From Microbotryum violaceum (taxonomy: Eukaryota): 64,000 nt of DNA. Below are positions 58,314 to 64,000 of this stretch, piece after piece. A program made the position numbers and the translations under genes. The notes beneath the pieces were generated by a model that made no database searches, was not told the origin of the DNA, and was given only the letters and a program-made list of their open reading frames with translations. How positions within the stretch are numbered: the stretch's first letter is position 1; the number at the start of each line of letters is the position of its first letter. Location of the stretch: positions 1,364,001-1,428,000 of the forward strand of contig CDLV01000006.1 of assembly GCA_001244265.2 (NCBI GenBank), given 5' to 3'.

Positions 58314-60751
58314 ATGAGCGAATTCAAGTTCACGTACGACGACATCTCCAAGCGCAACCATAAGGATGACCTCGTTGTCATCGTCAAGGGATTAGGTACG
58401 TCTCAGCCGTGGTCTCTCTTTCTCCACTTCGCCTCCACCTTTCTTGCGCGATGATCGAGGTCATCACTGGCGATGCGCTGAACCTTCTCACCTCGCTGGC
58501 TTCCTGGGATCCTCAACAGCTTATGACTTGACCGATTTCGCTCCGGACCACCCGGGAGGAATGAAGATCCTGCTCAAGTATGCGGGCAAGGATGCGACAG
58601 AGGCCTAGTACGTTTCACACAAGAGCGCTGCCGATCAGCGGCCTGGGCACGGGTGGTGGTGGTGGCGGTGGTGGCGATGATCCTTGCGGCAGTCAGACCC
58701 TGATCTCAATCATGGGCTTCCTCTACGCAGTGAACCCATTCACCCTCCGGGTACCTTGGAAGAGTACCTTCCCAAGGAGAAGCATCTCGGCAAGGTCGAC
58801 ATGACCGGCGTCGAAATCGAGGTCAAGGAAGAGACCGAGGAGGAGAAGGCGAGGAAGATCCGCGTCGCCAACAAGCCCGATATTAGCGAGATCTTGTCCC
58901 TGTATGACTTTGAGGTGAGATTCCTCTCATTTTGTGAAACGAGGGCGTGGGCATCTTCCTCGTCGAGGCATCGAGATGTTTGGTGACCCACGCCAATTGC
59001 TTTTCAACGAGGGCTCATCGCCGAACTTGTCTCTCCTTCTCCAGGCCGTCGCAAAGTCGATTCTTCCGACCGCAGCATGGGCCTACTACTCTTCCGGAGC
59101 CGACGACGAAATCACAATGCGTGAAAATAGGTCTGCATACCAAAGGGTTAGTACCATACTGCATTACCTCGTCTCAGACATCTTCCGTCAGAGGCGATTC
59201 CGACCTCGCTCCCGCGCGCACGATGTCCGCCCGTGGCTTCGGAGATCGTTTCCTCTCGGCGCAACAAAAGCCCGTGACCGCTTCGACGGGCCGGTGCGCC
59301 TGACTCACTCCTTTGCGGAAAGGGGAAGCTTTCGCGCGCTCGATGTTCGGAAGATCCGGGTGCAGACCCTTGCAAGCCAAGAAGCACACAAAGTATCTGA
59401 CATCACCCGTTCTTGTATCAATCGTTGCAGATCTGGTTCCGTCCTCGTGTTTTGAGGGATGTAACGAACGTTGATTTTTCATCGTCCATCTTGGGGATGC
59501 CGACTAGTTTGCCCGTCTACGCGACGGCGACCGCTTTGGGGCGGCTGGGGCACCCTGATGGAGAAAAGGTACGTAGAAAGGTGACTTAGACGTGGCATCG
59601 ATGAACGCAGTACTCATCGCTTTCATTTCGGATGGGAGTAGAACTTAACATGGGGCTGCGCCGAGCACGACATCATCCAAATGATCCCAACGCTCGCGAG
59701 TTGCTCGTTTGACGAGATCGTCGATGCCGCCAAGCCGGGGCAGAACATGGTTATGCAGCTTTACGTCAACAAGGTGATATGTTTGTCGAGCACTATTCAT
59801 GCTGTTCCCCCTACTGAAGCAAGCCCTGTATGCAGGACCGAACCATCACGGAGCGCATTGTGCGCCACGCCGAAAAACGAGATGTCAAGGGCCTCTTCAT
59901 CACCGTCGATGCGCCCCAACTCGGTCGTCGCGAAAAGGACATGCGACAAAAATTCTCCGACGAAGGCTCGGACATGCAAAAGGGGTCCGAGGTCGACAAG
60001 TCGCAAGGTGCGGCTAGGGCCATTTCGTCCTTCATCGACCCTGGTCTGTCATGGAAGGACATCGAGTGGTTCAAGTCCATCACCAAGATGCCGTTGATCC
60101 TGAAGGGTGTGCAATGCTGGGAAGACGCCGTATTGGCCGCCGAGGCGGGTCTGGCTGGTGTCGTCTTGTCCAACCACGGTGGACGACAGTTGGATTTCGC
60201 AAAGTCTGGCATCGAGATCTTGGTCGAGGTCATGGATGCGTTGAGGGAACGGGATTTGCTCAAGGGCGGCTTCGAGGTTTACATTGATGGTGGTGTGCGT
60301 CGTGCTGGTGATATTCTCAAGGGTGAGCAGGTCTCTTCGAGCAGTTTGGTAAGATCTTAGACGAAGAGACCAATGAGTTCGCTTTCATTGTACAGCCGTC
60401 GCCTTGGGAGCCAAGGCTGTCGGTCTCGGCCGCCCGTTACTTTACGCTTACTGCGCCTACGGCAAAGAGGGTGTTTCCCGCGCGCTCCAGATCCTCAAGG
60501 ATGAGATGGAGATGAAGTGAGCAACGCTCCTCGTAACTCTGTGGAAATGGCCCCAGCTAACTCTATACCTCCCCCCTCCTAGCCTTCGCTTGATCGGTGC
60601 TCCGACTCTCGCGGACGTGACCCCCGAGATGGTCGACATCAGAGGCCTCTCGAGTCGCAACGTCGATTCCAACCCCGATTACCTCATGCGAGCCAACTAC
60701 GAGCCTCTCCAAGGTGTTGGGAATGGGCTGGGTGCCAAGCCCCGACTGTAG
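58314..60751 (+). CDS. CYB2: Flavocytochrome b2-like L-2-hydroxy-acid (lactate) dehydrogenase with cytochrome b5 domain
   Basis: Heme motif [55 protein letters not shown]. Ends AKPRL-stop. Confidence 0.9.
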
Positions 60752-60936
60752 GAGAACACGCCAATGGAAGATGGTTCATAGACTATCGAGGGTCTCTTCG
60801 GTTATCGAGGTCTGGTGTGGTTTGAATGAACATTGCAACAATATCGAGGTCCGAATATCAGACTTGATGAGTTATACAGGGTGGTTCCAGCCGGTGGTTC
60901 AATTACATCCCGGCGAGAAACGATCGCAGCCTAAGG

Positions 60937-63900
60937 TTATGCAGTTGCTCTAGGATGATGAGCCCCGAGATCTTCACCTGGCGGTTCCGCGGCTTTGTTC
61001 GCCATTCGATGGACCTGAGCTAACATAAAGTTGATCGGTCAGGATATCCCATATTTTGATTCGGGCCTTCGTACTGACCTCATTCCACACGCTGAGCGCG
61101 CTCAACTTCGAATACCGCTCATCCAACACCCTCGCCAGCCTCCTCGCTTCTTTGGTATCCTTCCTCGCCGCAATCGAAGAAGGTGGTGGTCGCTCACCCG
61201 GTAAAGCCCAAATACCAAGATGGATATGCTCGTCCCTCTCTCCCTCCTCGGCATCCTCTATCGGTTCGGGGGAGTCCATTCTCCGGAGTGGAAAATCGGC
61301 GTCGTCCAAAGACGGGGGTACCGAAGGCGACCCTTGATGTGATGACGTCTTGGAGCTGTTCTTCTTGTTCAATGTGCGTTGCTTGAGTTGCGCCGAAATA
61401 CGTTCGGCTTCCTCTCGCATCGATTTCTTGAGTTGCTCTAGAGTGGCCGGATCATTCAAGAATCTGTCAGCTCAGCTTGATGATGTAAAGCCCGGTTAGT
61501 ATTTGTCGAGACTCACCTTCTCTTTTACGCATGACATGCTCGTAGTTCCTCTTAAACTTTTTGTCCCATTTGGCCTCTGATTATAACAAGCGCGAAGGAT
61601 CAGTCAGTCTTCGTCATCAAATCATTCCGAGCGAAAAAAAAATAAAAAAATAAGGCACTCACTTCCGGCCAGATACCGCTTCACCGGCCCCTCCTTGACC
61701 AGCCCCAAATCATCCTTCGGGATCTTGAGCACCTCCACCTCCTCCTCCGGCTCCATGGGCCTCACCACACCCGTCAACGAGACCCTTTCGCGCACCATGT
61801 TATCGACATAGTCGGGTCGATGGAACGGTTGCGTCGAGGCATAGATCGTCTTCTCCAAGTTGGTATAATGTCGACTGAGCGAGAGGTCGGATTGGCCTGT
61901 TGGACTGTCGCCGTTGGCTCGCTCGACTAAATTTGTATGACTCTTCATGGCGATCGAGAAGGCGCTGCGCTTCCTCTTGACCTCCCCGTTGTGAGCAGTC
62001 TTCTCCGTTGGCACGGACGTATCGATGTGGATCTGAGATCTGGGTTGAGTCAAATTATTGATATCTTGAGGTTCGGAGCTAATAGGAGTCGGAGGCGCCA
62101 TCTCGGCGGCGGGCTCATGATGCAACTGGGCATCCTCGTGCGCAGTCGAAATCTCGAGGGGCAGCTGCATCCCCGTGTTGGAAACGGGCGAGGCCAGCAC
62201 CTCACCGTCGACATCGCTCTCGTTCTCGTCAGCGGTGACGAACTTGACAAAAGAGCTGATGGCCCGGTAGCAGTATTTGGCAGGGGTCGTGAAGGCGAAC
62301 AATGGGAGGTCTGGTTTCGCGTGGAACGAGAGGGTCAGCACACAGCGTGGCTGAACAATCGTGGTTGGTACTCACCGTGGCACATACCATCATAGATCTG
62401 CAAGTGGACCTTCGTGGGAGGGTATTCGACGTGCCGCTTCGTCCGTTCGGGGTTGGCGTCGAGGAGGGCTTGGCGTACTGGGTATCGGTCGGGATGTGCA
62501 GCTCGGTGGGCCATCTGCAGGGCGAGTACAGATCGGCTGGTCAGACTAGGCACAAGATGGTTGTCCAAGAGGAATGAAGTGACTGACGTATACGATCTCA
62601 TCCCTCAACACTTCCCTGTCACCACACATGACATACATCGAAGGAAGACCGCCAAGACTTGGTTGCCAGATGGGTGAAACGAAAGGATAGACGAGCTGGT
62701 CGTTCGTGGCGTACAGCTGAATCTGATCTCGGACTTCGACTTCCTCGCCATCGATTTTGAGCTTGAGCACTTTTCCAACTTCGGCTTTGGACTCGCCGTT
62801 GGCCTGTGCCGACCCTCCCGACCCGTCCGGTGCGCCGTCCTTGCCCGTCTCCGTATGTTCGGCGCGCTGATAATCTTCCGGGAACTTTTCGACCTCTTCC
62901 AAAAGTTGCTCTCCTTTGCGATCAGCTCTGCTCGATCCATTGAAAAACATACTCGTCTTCTTGGTCACCCTACGTTCTTGTTCGAACGTCTCTGCGGCAT
63001 GTTTGAGCCCTTTGATCGATGTTGAGCGGTCTGCCCGTTCTTGCCATTCGGCAGGAGGGGGCGGCCAGAGCATCGACGGCTTGAAGAGGCCCAAGCCGAA
63101 GGCGGGGATGACGTCGGTCTCGGTATTTTGCAAAATCGAAGGAAAAGAATGTGTGAGATCGCACCATGGCGAGATCAAGACGACTGTGCGACAAGAACGT
63201 GTCAGGCCCCGTTGCTCGGACGTGATTGAACCGTCACGGCGCACTCACTTCCAGCGGGTGCCGGCAGGCCGGCATCTCGGATCAAGCAAGAGAGGGCAAG
63301 CGTCAGCCCACCCCCTGCACTATCACCCGCGATGACGAGCTTTTTAGGATCGACGGGTTTGTGCTTGGCTCCAATAGGCGGGCGAATGAGATAAATGTAA
63401 GACGCCAGAGCATCGGCAAGAGCGCAGGGGAACGGGAACTGCGGACTGAGGCGATACTGCAGCGCAAAAGCTCGGCCCCCAATCTTGCGGGCATACCTCC
63501 AGATACTAAAACGATGCGTGTTGGGACTGCCAAAAAAGTAGGCGCCGCCATGGATGTAGAGGATGCACCGCATTTCATCGAGGTCGTGTTCGTACGCCGA
63601 ACCTTCCTCGTCGCCCTCGTAAGCGACGTCTTCGCCCATGGCTCTTCGTTCTTCCCGTTGACGGCCGAGTTTGTATCGGCGTTTGTGATCATCCTGCGAC
63701 TTGCGCTTCATCGCCTCAACCTTTTCACATTTGATTTTCTCCAGATCATCGTCGTCGACCTCGTTCGCACCGAGGCCGTGCCAATCCTTCTTCATCGAGA
63801 TCCATTCGCCGTTGAGCGCGCCGTCGGGGTTGGGACACCGTTGCCACCATTCCTTGCCTCCCGCGACGTTCTGAATATCGTCCTCGCCTAAGGTGTCGAT

Positions 63901-64000
63901 GAGGATGCGATTCGCTTCGAGTCGGGTATCGAGAGGGATCAACACCCTGACCACGCGCACCCACCAAGGTGCCGGAATAAAGTTGTTGCCAAAGGCTTGT
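60937..64000 (-). CDS. Hormone-sensitive-lipase-type alpha/beta hydrolase (abhydrolase_3), 5' end beyond the window
   Basis: HGGAY, YRLSPQFPFP, GDSAGG, ISPWCD, EVLRDE, YDGMCH. The 3' end depends on acceptor choice near 61015-61021. Confidence 0.88.

Noticed and set aside
56906..64000. FSH1-CYB2-lipase as a secondary-metabolite cluster
   Set aside because: No backbone enzyme, transporter or cluster regulator nearby; the neighbours are housekeeping genes.

Overview
Gene-dense, intron-rich eukaryotic DNA from a fungus. The GC-rich codons, GTRAGT/GTCAGT/GTACGY donors, RCTGAC branch sites and gene content suggest a basidiomycete yeast, probably Pucciniomycotina/Microbotryomycetes (inference). I hand-spliced 18 protein-coding genes: SP-RING/MIZ protein, RIT1, DED1, flavin-reductase-like protein, RPS18, A1 aspartic protease, PRB1-like subtilase, GAF protein, LRO1, SEC5, Ams2/SPT21-type GATA factor, MEF1, fungalysin M36, beta-tubulin, WHI2, FSH1, CYB2-like and a partial HSL-type lipase. 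There is no CRISPR array, rRNA, tRNA or autonomous transposon, and I see no novel multi-gene system. The most interesting signals are non-coding and splicing-related. They are a dual-guide box C/D snoRNA (~13.85-13.95 kb, minus strand), a ~300-nt AG-free zone with a distant branch point in DED1 intron 1, and 6-nt and 10-nt micro-exons. Others are a GC-AG intron, an unexplained spliced locus with a C/D-like hairpin at 36.6 kb, a MITE-like element at 31.5-32.15 kb, and several PTS1-like C-termini. All gene models and family calls come from reading the sequence and recalled motifs, not database searches.
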